A stretch of 63,091 nucleotides of DNA, filler included, from Choristocarpus tenellus KU-1152 (Eukaryota; Protista; Phaeophyceae): assembly GCA_964200185.2 (NCBI GenBank). It is 12 parts of 12 records of this genome, joined end to end, with 100 filler letters (N's around TTAATTAATTAA, not from the genome) between each part and the next. Parts side by side here need not be neighbours in the genome. Positions count along the whole stretch, not along the records: positions 32,611 to 40,831 come from CAXNAD020004979.1; positions 40,932 to 44,058 come from CAXNAD020022133.1; positions 44,159 to 47,282 come from CAXNAD020022151.1; positions 47,383 to 55,091 come from CAXNAD020005711.1; 8 more parts are not named here. One strand, 5' to 3'. Below, piece after piece: positions 40,349-52,468 of this stretch (positions within the stretch are counted from its first letter, which is position 1; the number at the start of each line of letters is the position of its first letter). The notes under the pieces were generated by a model that was given only the letters and a program-made list of their open reading frames with translations, did not search any database and had not been told where the DNA came from. The position numbers were made by a program, and so were the translations under genes.

Positions 40349-40720
40349 CTAGGGAAGCATCCCAAGAATATAACCCCTCCTTGACAAAAACCGTGGTGAT
40401 TCCAGCTTAAAACGCATGACCCGTCTAGATAGGGATACTTGCGTTGTGACTGAGACTATCTGGCAAAGTAGGCGGGATTTAACGTCACCTTTTCTTCTGT
40501 AGCCTCCAGTTCCTCTCCCCCCTACCGTGTGTGTAGCAAGCTCATCCAGGAAACGTTCAGCTTGCGTACCGAGGTCCCCAAAATGTTCCACCACGAAGGT
40601 GTTGAGGTTGCAACTACGAGGGTCAAAAGAGCCCTCGTTGTGGGTGCGCTTTCACGCCTCAGTTGCAGCAGCAGCTGTTAGAGGCGAATAGCGCGAGCTT
40701 TTCTTCTTGTATTTCAACGA
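40349..40720 (-). pseudogene. C-terminal restriction-like endonuclease region of a CRE/R2-type non-LTR retrotransposon
   Basis: K..K.....SFDPRSCNLNTFVVEHFGDLGTQAERFLDELA...LCQIVSVTTQ matches the RLE tail pattern (F.VE.FG.LG..A..FL..LA...Q..SV..Q). Confidence 0.7.
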
Positions 40721-41009
40721 AGTGCAAATGTTTGTTACACGCGAATAGCGCGAGCTTTTTCTTGTTATGTTTCAGGAAATACGAACATTTGTAACAGACG
40801 TAGAGTGTGAGGATTGTTTCTTGAGTTCTGANNNNNNNNNNNNNNNNNNNNNNNNNNNNNNNNNNNNNNNNNNNNTTAATTAATTAANNNNNNNNNNNNN
40901 NNNNNNNNNNNNNNNNNNNNNNNNNNNNNNNGGGGGGGGAGGGGTACAATTCAAGTCAGAGGGTTTGGGGGAGTCACGAGGAAAGTGAGGAGAGGGGATG
41001 GGAGAGCGC

Positions 41010-41040
<31 letters not shown>

Positions 41041-41379
41041 CAGAAATTCGATGTTGTGTGCACCACTGGTAGTCCCACCTCACCTCTTGAACCAAACACA
41101 AGGCGAGTCAAGTTACTGCATCTCTACGACAAAAACCTGCATTCCTAAAACGAACATTCCTTCCCCCACACAAAAACGCCATACTTAACCCCTGCAAAAT
41201 TCAAAAAGAAACGTTTTGTTTTTAAAATCTCCAATTCATTACTATACTTCCACCCAATATCATCCCCCACAACCGATCCACGATAAATAGAGGTGACAAA
41301 AAAAGGTACATCAAATTGTAGCCCCCACCGCCTACAAAACCTCCTCCCACCTCCATCCGTCCCTTCACAGAGCACGCAC

Positions 41380-43172
41380 GCCTTCGGAGTTCCTCTGCTT
41401 TTGTCCTGATCTCCACCCTCAGTCTCCTCGCCAGCCCTTCACTCTCCCCAACCACCTCCTTTATCATCCTGTCGAAATCCTGCATTTGTTCCTAGGTACC
41501 AGGCAGGGGTAGGGGCAATGAAAGAAATCTGTAAATACAATACATAACGTAGTATATTCTTACATTAAATAAATATTTTCTTGTTTTTTCAGGATGTGTA
41601 CCCTACTTTAATTTTTTTTTTACTACCTTAACCTGTTTGTCACAGCACAGTGCCACTCTGTAAGTTTTTTCCCTGGGGGGTGCAGAGGGGATTATATTGA
41701 TGGGCTTGCACCTCTAGAGATCAGGCAATTGTGCGTTGGGGGGGGGGGGCTGGAAGCGAGTAGCCCCCTCAGTCAATATCAGTACGGAAATAGTGTGAAG
41801 GACACTACTGCTTGATATCATCGGAGTGGAGTATTACTGTGAACAAGATCACAGACACAGGCTGTTCATAGTTGAAACTGTCACTGTAAGCAAAGTTGTT
41901 CATAGTTGAAACTGCAACTGTAAGCAAAGTTGTTCATAGTTGAAACTGTCACTTTATGCGAAGTTGTTCATAGTTGAAACTGTCACTGTAAGCAAAGCTG
42001 TCCACAGTTGAAACTGTAACTGTAAGCAAAGTTGTTCAGTTGAATCTGTCACTGTAAGCAAAGCTGTCCATAGTTGAAACTGTAACTGTAAGCAAAGTTT
42101 TTCATTGTTGAAACTGTCACTGTAAGCAAAGCTGTTCATAGTTGAAACTGTCACCAGAAGAAACACGGGAAAAATGTGTAACCGAACATGCGCACACTAG
42201 AATGATAGAGCCCTCCTAGTCCCACCAAAACAAACCACCAGGGTAGAGTCTACCATCTTCATCAAGTGTATAAATTTTTTTAATCAATCCCCCTGTACAG
42301 TGTCATGAATACTACAGCAGTACAGTACACTACTACTACTTTCATGCGGTATTGTGTTTAATAATGTGTTTAATACTGTGTTTCATACTGTGTTTCATAT
42401 GCTGTGTTTCAGACCGTATTTAATTCTGTGTTTCATACAATGGTTTATACTGTGTTTCACACTGTGTTTTATACTGTGTTTCATACTGTGTTCCAATTTT
42501 GTGCATTGTTTCAATCACGTGCACTCTTCCGACACCTCTAGCAAAGCAATCGAATCTCAAAAAGGAACATCTAAATATCTAAATACACTACAACACAAAA
42601 TATAAAAATACCTAAAATAAAATAAAATAAAAACACTCCATAGGTTGCAACTACACCACACTACACTACCCCCTCAAACTATGCATACCAGACCCAATAC
42701 TGGCAACAATAACAATAACAATAACAATAACTAACAATAACAATAACACCAACACCACTGCCAACAACAACAATAACAGTAACAATAATAATAATAATAA
42801 TAATAACAATATATATGTATATATGTATATATGTATATACTACTACTGCTACTAATACATATATGTATTACGTGTAAGTATATTTCCAATCACGACAGCC
42901 ATGACAAGGCTCCCACGAAGTCACACCTGCATCCTCATGACAAGAGATGCGTATCGCCCAGCTGCCTCCGCCACAAGCCTCGACTCCCGCAGGACCTTAG
43001 CCTCCTCCCCCGCCCTTGCAAACAGTCTTCGCCAACCTTGATCTGTCGAGTCAAGGGTTCTGGCCCTGTGGCGTGCCAACATCTCTAGGTGTCTACGAAG
43101 CGATCCATTGACCCTCCTCAACTCAGCGGCTCCTTCGGCCCTACTCGAACCCTCCCTGGCCAGCGCAGACAC
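41380..43172 (-). CDS. Two internal exons (43172-42927 and 41491 to about 41380) of an unknown coiled-coil protein
   Basis: TTTCAG and CCTAG acceptors, GTGTGA donor; open E/R/A/L-rich helical peptides. Confidence 0.6.
41861..42154. repeat. 34-bp minisatellite GYTGTTCATAGTTGAAACTGTCACTGTAAGCAAA, about 8.7 copies, intronic
   Basis: Head-to-tail units with no spacers. Confidence 0.95.
42350..42494. repeat. 12-bp tandem repeat (ATACTGTGTTTY)n
   Basis: About 12 degenerate units, read directly. Confidence 0.9.
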
Positions 43173-43177
43173 CTGAA

Positions 43178-43208
<31 letters not shown>

Positions 43209-43967
43209 TATTATTATTATTATTATTATTATTGACAAGGAGGAGAAGGAGGTGTCAGTCAACGGGGAGAAGTGCCTAGCAGTGGAATGAGAAATATTCA
43301 ACAAACAAACAAAAAATCGAGAAAAGATAGTGGGGACAAAAAGAGGTATGCCGGAAGAGGGTACGAGAAGTGTGTGTTCCAACAAATAAATAAAATAGGA
43401 TAATCGAGGGTATGAATTTGAAAGTGAGGTGGGGCATGGTACGTGAAAGTAGAAACAAGACATATCAAGACATATCAAGACATATCAAGACATATCAAGA
43501 CATGAGGGGATACCGAAGAGTCTTTTCAGGCAAAGAAAAAGTGAGGTAGGAAGGTACAGGTGATGAATCAAGTTATGAAGTTGTTAGGGGGAAGGGTGAC
43601 TGTTGTGAAGGTCCCTCCAGCCCAATGTGAAGTCTGCCTCCTCCTTCCTGAGGTAGGTTACCCCCTTCAAACCTCTACAACTTCTTGTGGGGCCCGTACC
43701 TCCTTGTCTAGGAGGTGGATACTGTAGAAATGGTTTACACACTGAGAATATAATATTTAATATCGTACATCAAAAAGGGGATTTCTTCTGGGTGCAACAT
43801 ATATATATATATATATAATACAGTTCAAATGGGTATATTCAAGGGTACAGCACCAGATCTTACACAAAAGAGGCACAATGAACACTTGGACACCTTATCT
43901 ATCACACCTTTCACACCTTATCCAATGCTAACCCTAAACCTAACAATGACAAAGGGTCAAAGTATCT

Positions 43968-43998
<31 letters not shown>

Positions 43999-44240
43999 GG
44001 GCGGGGAGACCTGAGATATGCAACCAGGGACAACCAGCCCACTCACCCCCTGTTCCCCNNNNNNNNNNNNNNNNNNNNNNNNNNNNNNNNNNNNNNNNNN
44101 NNTTAATTAATTAANNNNNNNNNNNNNNNNNNNNNNNNNNNNNNNNNNNNNNNNNNNNGGAGTGAACCTCTAAGCACTTGCACATTGAACCATGGTGCCA
44201 ACCAACTACAAATGTGTCTTCTCTGCACTGACTACTTACT

Positions 44241-44426
44241 GCCTCAAAGTATCTGGGGGGGGGGGGGGGTCTACACCAGAGTGTCCATTCGGGCCCTGAT
44301 CAGGAAAAGTGGATATACATTATCCATCCGACACATGTACCCCAAATCACCCAAAAAATGTGACATGCAAAAATGGGCTCCGAATGGACTGTCACCACCC
44401 CCCACCCCCCCTAGATACCTTGAGCT
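44241..44426 (-). mobile_element. MITE family B, full-length
   Basis: CAAAGTATCTG(G)n...TAGATACCTTGAGCT; flanks TACT/TAGT (4-bp TSD, one mismatch). Confidence 0.85.
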
Positions 44427-45624
44427 TAGTAGTGGCTGACATAGATGTATTGGATTGTTCCAATATAAGTGATGGACCAATGGGACCATGCAAAACATAG
44501 GTTTGTTGTTGTTGGAGATATTTGGTTTGAAAATTTCCTATATCTCTACGAAGTATATTTGCTTGCTTACCATATTACATAGAAATGTTTCTCTGGGTAG
44601 GCTTCTACTGCAGTTTTTGAGAGTCCAAGCTATTGCACAAAGGTGTGGAAGGGGCATATTTCAAGAACAATCTCCTATGGCTCTATATGCTCCACTCCCT
44701 ATAAATTGCAGATGTAGTCTCTGGCAAGTGCACAACTGCTACGTTTCCCTACACCTTAGACACACCAACTCGAGTCACAATACAGGTGATATACCTAGCC
44801 CAAAGATAGGTTTTGTTCTGATGTCAAGTTTAGCTTTCGGGCCGTCACTTTCTTTGCCTGACTAGACAGGACGATACAGAATGTGATACACTGTAGCAGC
44901 AACTGCCATACTCCTAATAATTTCCCTGGAGATGCAAATTAGATGTGACGCATTACTCAATAGTGCTTGGGAAGAGGAAATCAACAATAGTTTTGTTTCA
45001 ACAAAGCGAGCAAGTACTCCGGTATGTTCAGGAGGACGACTAGCCTATTGATTCCCCTCAGTACATTGAACGATTCATAGTGAAAACCGTGACCCCAATC
45101 ATTTACTTGTCACATTGGCATGTCCCAGCCTATCCACGAGAACTGGGACACCAATCTCGGAGAGGAGCTTGATGAACTTGGGGACCCACCCCGGGTGTGG
45201 CTCTCGTCTCTAGATCAACCAGGATGTGCCTTCACAAGGTGTGTAAATCTTCATGTGCCGTAGGTACAACCTGGGGTACGGCTGGCCTCAGGTTTGGAAC
45301 TAGAGATCGTGGGGGTTTCCAGCTCAGGATGATGCCACCAAGCTGTGTCACTGTGAGGCGTTTTTCCCGAAAAAATAACTCCACTGATAAGGGGAGAGTG
45401 CTTGCGGCAGAGATATGTCATAGCAATAATACATACAGCACAGCATACATCAACACTCCATCCAACCCATGGTTCATGTAAACCAAAAAATTGAATTTAC
45501 TTGTTCACTTGTTGATGTAGGTCGTATTCACAGTAGTTGTTGTGAGCACAAGAGTGGCACAACGTAGAGTTGCTTTTCCCCACAACTCCCACATAGCCTT
45601 GACTGTGGAAACGACTTTATGCAG

Positions 45625-47144
45625 GAGCCTAGGCGATTCTATAGGAGAGAGCGTGGGTGTAACTGCAGAGCCAGAACAGCTGGTGGTAAATTTGACAAAG
45701 GAAGACCGCTTCATTGTGATAGCAAGTGATGGTGTGTTTGAGTTCATCACAAGCCAAAAGGTATGTGCTTGCTTCAACAAATCTGCCACATATTTTGAAT
45801 CATTTACCATAACTGGAAGGCCGATGTTGTTAGGGTCTAGATTAGATTAGGCTCACGGTAAATTTATTAGCCATACAACATCATGCGTGGATACGGGCAT
45901 GGCTGCTGGCCTGGATATTTCTGTGGATAGGTGATGGGCCAAGAAGTGATACATGTAGAATGCAGCTTAATCTCTGGAGTCTAGGGGGCCGGTTCTCAAG
46001 ATGTTAGAGTGTTGGGTTTTACGATGTGGATATCAAGTTGTCACTGTGGGACTTCATACAATATCAAGGCTTTGCTACGATGCCCCAGTGGATATACCTG
46101 CAATCAACAACAAGCGGAGTTACATCTTGCTGTGGTCCTAACAGCATTGTTTACGATTTGAGTATGGAAAGTATGTGATGCTACCTTTCTTGCCATGCTT
46201 TGCCTTAGATCCCTACAGTGATTTGGCGGCTAATGGGAGTCTCCAACACACCAACACTGTACAAAATCATGGCGTGAAAAAGCTGGATCATCATCAAACA
46301 AACAGCACAAGTAAAATATGAACATCAAATACACTTCAAGTTGAATGTCAAAGGGAATGGGAGAGGGGACGAAGTGCTGACCCATAGTGTTTTTAATTGT
46401 TGGTCAGGCGTCCATTCGGGGCCTGTGTGGCCCTGTAGATATTTTCATGTTATGTGAGTGAGTGCTTCAGTTTCTTAGGCAATTTCCTTCATCTGAACGC
46501 ACTTTCCTTATCTATACCCCTGCCTGGACCAAATCACATGCACAGCAAGCATCAAACCAAATCAAATATTTTACAACAACCAGATCAAGCCCCGAGTGGA
46601 CATACTGGACAAAAGACTTCTACCCTCTAGGATAATAATATTGGGGTTCAAGAAAACATCTGCAAAGCCCAAGTGTCACTGATCTTTCGGACTTTAAAAG
46701 TACACATCTTTCTCACACCTGATCTAAACAATTGTGGTTTTATTCTTTAGGTCTATCCAAGGTATGTAGTGGTTGTTCGTTAGCAGGGACGTGAATACTT
46801 TGAGGCTTTTCCAAAGCAGCAATTTCAAGTATTTTGTTATATTGAATGATCGCTACATACGCATATTGACAGCGTGTTCTTCTCACACTCACCAACTTAT
46901 CAGCTTAGGGTTGGGCTCTTAACCCTAACCCCAATTGACACAGTCTTATCCGTCCAACATAGATGCTTGAACGTTTGTTGAGCAACAGGTGTTGGAGGCG
47001 GTTGAGAAATTTGATGACCCCTTGGAAGCAGCAAAGCATGTTGTACAAGAGGCGTTTCGCACATGGCTGCTCTATGAGGTTCGCACAGATGACATCACAA
47101 TGATTGTCCTCTTCCTCGATGACTTCCAAGAGGGGGCAAACGCG
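45625..47144 (+). CDS. PP2C-family (PPM) protein phosphatase, two internal exons 45625-45760 and 46989-47144; resembles the PP2C/cNMP-binding/kinase-type subfamily
   Basis: (R)SLGDSIGESVGVTAEPE...FIVIASDGVFEFITSQK / VLEAVEKFDDPLEAAKHVVQEAFRTWLLYEVRTDDITMIVL carries the PP2C motifs RSLGD, ASDG and DDIT; canonical splice sites. Confidence 0.92.
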
Positions 47145-47765
47145 GTAAGGGGTTCCTTTTATATGAGAATTTGACACATCTCTAGGAAAAATCCTGTTTG
47201 GCTATCCCACGAAGTCCCAGTGTTGGTGCGTCTAAGTTGGGGTGTTGTTATTAGTGTTGAACACTTGCAGTGGAGCAACCGGNNNNNNNNNNNNNNNNNN
47301 NNNNNNNNNNNNNNNNNNNNNNNNNNTTAATTAATTAANNNNNNNNNNNNNNNNNNNNNNNNNNNNNNNNNNNNNNNNNNNNCCTCAGTGAGCCCATTTC
47401 GATGAAGCTGTGGTGGTGCAGCAAGCACCACATCTACACCACCCCTACACACATTATGTCATTGTCAAATGTATATAGTACTGTAACTTTGGTAAATTGC
47501 TCTCTTTGCGATGTATTCACTCATATCTATAGTACACCTTCCCGAGAAAAGCATCCGCAAGCCATTGGGTGGCTGGAAAGACGAATCGCAGTTCAAATCA
47601 AATCAACGTTCAAAGCCAATCTCCCTTCGATGCCCTGCCCTACATATTCAATTACACTCTACAATGACATTAGAGACTACAATATCAAAACCTCCACTGT
47701 GGATCAAATATAGCTGCACCGCCATGCACCTCCCATCACACGCACTGAGCAAAACAACTTACTCG

Positions 47766-48395
47766 CTAATAAAAAAAATTGCGACTGCCAAAAAAATCGC
47801 GGATGTCCTGTTGTTTGATTGACCTTGCCCCGATTGCGCTGAGCCAAGCCAGTTTTGCTTTCCGGAGATGGTACAAAACACCGTTCATGCTGCACTCTTC
47901 GGCGGTTGTTTCTAAGGTTGCAAACTCGTCAACTACTTGAGAGTACCACAGTGGAGGAATCGAGAACACTGAAGAGGCTGTTCCTTTCCTCACAGTCCCC
48001 GATGCACTATCCCCTCCCATAAACCCATCGTTATCCTCGTCACCCGAGCTCTCTGCAAAGCTCGAGAGTTTACGATTGTCGGCACCGCAAGGCTTGTAGG
48101 ACGCGGCTTTCTCCGTAGATATATTTGGCCGCACCTTTCCCTTGCCCTTGTCCTTGTTATCGTGGTGCTTCGACGCCGTGTTGTCACCAGCTGGAGGACT
48201 CAAAGCCTTGCGCTTGGTGGGACTCACGCACAATTTGCACACACGTTTCATTTCGCTGGCACCAAAAAGACCCACGACCCCGTAAATGGCATGAAGATAG
48301 CCGCTACAAAAGCGACACTTACGGCATGTATAGTGTGGTGAACCAGAATGTTGCAGCTGGATCCCGCTGTGCAGGGAATTGTTGTATCTGTACAA
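47766..48395 (-). pseudogene. ORF with a Cys/His cluster and a C-terminal PIP box (KQQDIRDFF); probable pogo/Tigger-like transposon derivative lacking the DDE domain
   Basis: CRKCRFC..YLH...E..RVCKLC at the N-terminus; QxxIxxFF near the end is typical of pogo transposase C-termini. Confidence 0.5.
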
Positions 48396-50162
48396 TGCAG
48401 TCGTCTAACCCTTGATCTGATACACCATATGAACTCTACTGTGCAGTACTATGAGGCAAAAGACTGCTTTGTTGTGTACTGTTGATGTGGAGCAACTTTG
48501 TCCGTTGCTTTGTTATATTCTGGTTAACTTTAGACATGGCTTTTTGGGAAACCCCTCGATCAAGTAGTGAAAAAAAGGGAAAGTTTATGAAGTAGTCTGA
48601 GTTTTGTGCCCAGAAGAATTCTGATGGTAATGTGGTACAGGGGAGGGAGAGATGAGGAAGGAAAAAGAAAATGTAGGCAAGGGGTGAACGAAGAGTTAAA
48701 TACTGAGTGATTAGGAGGCAGGAGGGAAGTTAAAGAAGCGGTTGCTTGGTGGAAGCACAAGGTAAGAGGGAATGGTCAGTATGTAAAGAAAACCGAGGGT
48801 CGGTGGTACAAGACGAGAAGGGGCTCGAACAAGACAACCTCCAAGCAAGCTTTACCGCCCACGCACCCTGTCGCTTGCTCACGACCGATTGGTTCAGGGC
48901 TTTACAGAGGTAGGAAGTTACAACGTGGAGAGGGGTAAGTGGTGGAGGTATAAGGACCCAGAGTGCATGAAGAAGGATATCAATTGAAGGGGGATGAAAG
49001 GAGAGGGGAGGAGTATATCAATCATAGTACTAGAATGGTTGGGGAGGGTAGTGAATGCAAAAAGATGAGACACGAAGTCTACAGTATTACATTGGTTTGT
49101 AAGTGTGTGGGGGGCAAGAGATGAGAAAGCGGGAGGATTGATGAGAAGGGGGAAGATAAGAGGTAGCAGGGGAACAGTCTTTTGCAGCAGAACATGTTAA
49201 TGGCAAGAAGAAGAATCTGGTAGATGGAATATCAAGATTGGAAAAGAAAAACACTCTATCTAACCTCCAACAGACGCTGGGTTGGGATTGGGAGATGATG
49301 TGGGTGAACGCCTTTCAGCCCTGTAACCCAGAGGCTCAGTTGAGCCATCTATTCAGAAGTGTGACAAGACAGCTTAGGAACAGTGGTCTGAATTCCGTAC
49401 ATAGAGAGGATTGAGTAGGTGATGGGACTGTAGAAGTTGTGAGTTGGATGGTGGGAAGGTGCTAGTGGGGTTTACGTGGCGTTGTTGCAGGAGTAGGGGG
49501 AACCAAGTAGGTACAATCAAAGAAGATTTCAGCAATCCAATACTACCGCAAACAATTTCTTAGCATCAAACTTCCCACGCAAACATCATGACTTCCACAG
49601 GACCAAAGGGTGTAAGTAGGAGAAGAATACGAGGGAGTTCAAGGTGGTAGCAGTTATGGAATACTTCGCAGAACTTCCTCCGGACACCCCACTTAGGACG
49701 TATAGGGATGGGGAGAGGTGGAGGGTGATTATGAGGAGCTAGGCAACAATGGGTGTCGTGAAAAAAGTAGTGGGGGAGCTTAGGTAGAGACCAGAGGAGT
49801 ATGCCTTCTACTCGGGCAGGATAGGGGGAGTGACGAGAGTGGCAATAATTGGGGTGTCAGAGATAGTAATACAGAGGAATGGAAGGTGGAAATCAGGTGA
49901 ATGCAGGGTATATGTAAGAGCCAACCAGAGAGATTCTGTGCAGGTTTCGAAGGGCGTGGCGGAGAGTAGAAACGATTGGGTATAACCAGGGCAGGAGGTA
50001 CTAGGATGAACTAGAGTAGAAATCCACCCCAAAGGGGAGGGGAGTTCAAGTTCGGGCAGGGTAGATGTCTTCTAGTTCAAAGGCATGGTATGAAGTGGAT
50101 GATGAAGGTGTATTCTTGGATGATTGTGGAGTGGTGTTGAGTGGTGTGGGGTTAAGTGGAGT

Positions 50163-50416
50163 GGTGACTGGAAATCAGTGGCGAAGGGGTCGCACTGGTT
50201 GGTCATCAGATGTGGGGGGTGACTTGAAATCAGTGGCGAAGGGGTCGCACTGGTTGGTCATTGAATGTGGGGGGTGACGGGAAATCAGTGGTGAACGGGG
50301 TTCGCACTTGGTTGGTCATCAGAGGTGGGCAGTGGCTGGAAATCAATTGCGAAAGGGGTTCACATTTGTTGGTCATTGCAGGGGGGGGAGGTGACTGGAA
50401 ATCAGTAGCGAAGGGA
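50163..50416. repeat. ~56-bp G-rich minisatellite, about 4.5 copies
   Basis: Unit GGTGACTGGAAATCAGTGGCGAAGGGGTCGCACTGGTTGGTCATCAGATGTGGGG, repeated with divergence. Confidence 0.9.
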
Positions 50417-52287
50417 ATGGTGGTACAATGGGGAGGAGGGGAATGGGTGGATTGCACATATAGAATAAAATAATAATAATCCAGATTTCGTGAGCAAAAC
50501 AAAATGCCAGTTTGCTCGATATAAGAGACAATTGGGAGGAGAACGCCAAAACCTCTCTTATAGCCTGAAAAGTCGTGACAAGGGAATTTACCCTCTCTTA
50601 TATCCCGTTTTCTCTTACATCGACCTCTCGTATATAGGTATATGCTCTATAACAGGGTTTCTTGTTAAGAAGAATACAAGTATTGATGTATTGAAATGCC
50701 TTTATTGAAAGCAATAAACACTTTTGTTGTGTACATGGTATTCTCTGCCGTGTATGTTCCTTCTTGTCCTCCTCATGACATTTGTAAAAGTCAATAATAA
50801 CCATTTTGTAACAAAAAAATATATATCGACATTTTCTCCCATTCAATTTTGGGTCCAGCCCATCCTCAATGAAAAGCTCCATCCTCAATTTTGAAAACTG
50901 CTGTTAAACTGCAGTTCCATAGCCGCGTCAAACAAAATCGCTTGCAACTACAATCCCTGCATGTCCCTGTCCACAAAATGATACTGAGTTCTAACGATCG
51001 AATCACTACGATTCAATTATCGTGGCCAATCGAAATCGAAACTGAAAATCAAGGAGACGATTAGTCGGTAATTTTCTAGTTTGGAGAGTATGAACTGGTC
51101 AAGCAAGCTCAATATAGGTTGTAAACACTACTTCCACAAGTCCAAAAGCCGAAAGTGTTCCTGCCCTCCGATGATAATGGCGGTCGTGAGTATCTACATG
51201 AGAATTACACCGACCCATCTGCTGTATCTATCCCCCCATCTGCGGTGGATGACGGAAATGAAGGGAAAGGGTAAGGTTGAAGGCGAAGAGTCTGGCATGG
51301 CATGGGTAGAGCTTACGAATGACGGCAGAAAGTGAAGCTTGTGGAAACAACGGACCCCATTGGGTCAGGGGTTGACAACTGGCACTTCTTTTTGAATGGG
51401 CGAGAGGGAGGATTGCGAATCTGTGTAAACAATGGAAAACTTTCTAAGATTGTCATCAAGTTGGAAAATTTGAAATAAATGCCGTCCAGAAAGCGCACAA
51501 AAAAAGAAAAGTGTCCTCCATCCCACACCAAAAGAGGGGTCTGTGCACAGTTTGAAAGGTTCACTCCATTTCAGAAGGATATTAAAGCCTATCACTGAAT
51601 GCAAAATGGTAGATACTCGTATCCACGAAAAGGCACCATCATCTCTTTCACTTCTACCTGTAGTCTTGACAGTATAAAGTTTTAAATCACTGAGATGGTT
51701 GGTCCAGAATACGATTACATCTGCAAAATAATATATATAATGTAGTGTGGTAGTGCCTCTAATCACCTGTTGGGATAAGTCCCCATGCTGAAAGCAAGGG
51801 AAAGATATTGATCCAAAGAAAACAAGAGGTATTCGGAGTGGTATTTTAAGAATGCTGGCAAATATGCGCAAAAGTCGACTTTTTTTCAAATACTGTGTAA
51901 AGGATATTTTCTGAATTGTGTCGAAACTTTCGCACAACAGGGAAATCAACGCTCTCAACTCAACCATAGAAACATGGGCGAGTTGCAAAAGATTGAAAAC
52001 TGGATGATAATGCAAAAAGGCAAAACCTGTATACCTCTCTTTTATTTTGGCTCAATAGTAACATTAAGATATTGCAGCAATATCGTATCTCATCAAATAT
52101 TATATTGGGAAACGGAAGGAACTTCCAAAATCGCCTAATATGAATCGTGTGATTCTGTGGTGGCGTGGTTCACTCAGGCAAGGGTGGTGAAGAGAATTAC
52201 CAAAAAAGACGGACCAGACTGACCAAGACGAACCTTACCCGAGAGGATGAGATTAAGGTTGAACAAGTGCCAGACAGCTTGTACAAA

Positions 52288-52468
52288 GGTTCAAAGTATC
52301 TGGGGGGGGGGGTGGCGGCTGTCCTTTTGGGGTCAATTTTTTCATGCTACGATTTTTGGCGATTTGGTTGCATACGTCGGATGAATAATGTCAGCGCACT
52401 TTTCTTGGTTTTGGCCCAAATGGACACCCTGGTGTAGACAGCCCTCCCCCCCCCAGATACTTTGGGTC
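52288..52468 (+). mobile_element. MITE family B, full-length
   Basis: GGTTCAAAGTATCTG(G)n...CCCAAATGGACACCCTGGTGTAGAC...CAGATACTTTGGGTC. Confidence 0.87.

Noticed and set aside
41861-42154. CRISPR-like array (34-bp units containing GTTGAAAC)
   Set aside because: Units are contiguous with no unique spacers, there are no cas genes, and it lies in a eukaryotic intron. It is a minisatellite.
50170-50245. 16S-rRNA-like CAGTGGCGAAGG
   Set aside because: A short chance match inside a tandem repeat with no flanking rRNA similarity.
51365-52015. 216-aa ORF on the minus strand
   Set aside because: No recognisable motif, non-ATG start and AT-rich composition; likely spurious or antisense to decayed repeat DNA.
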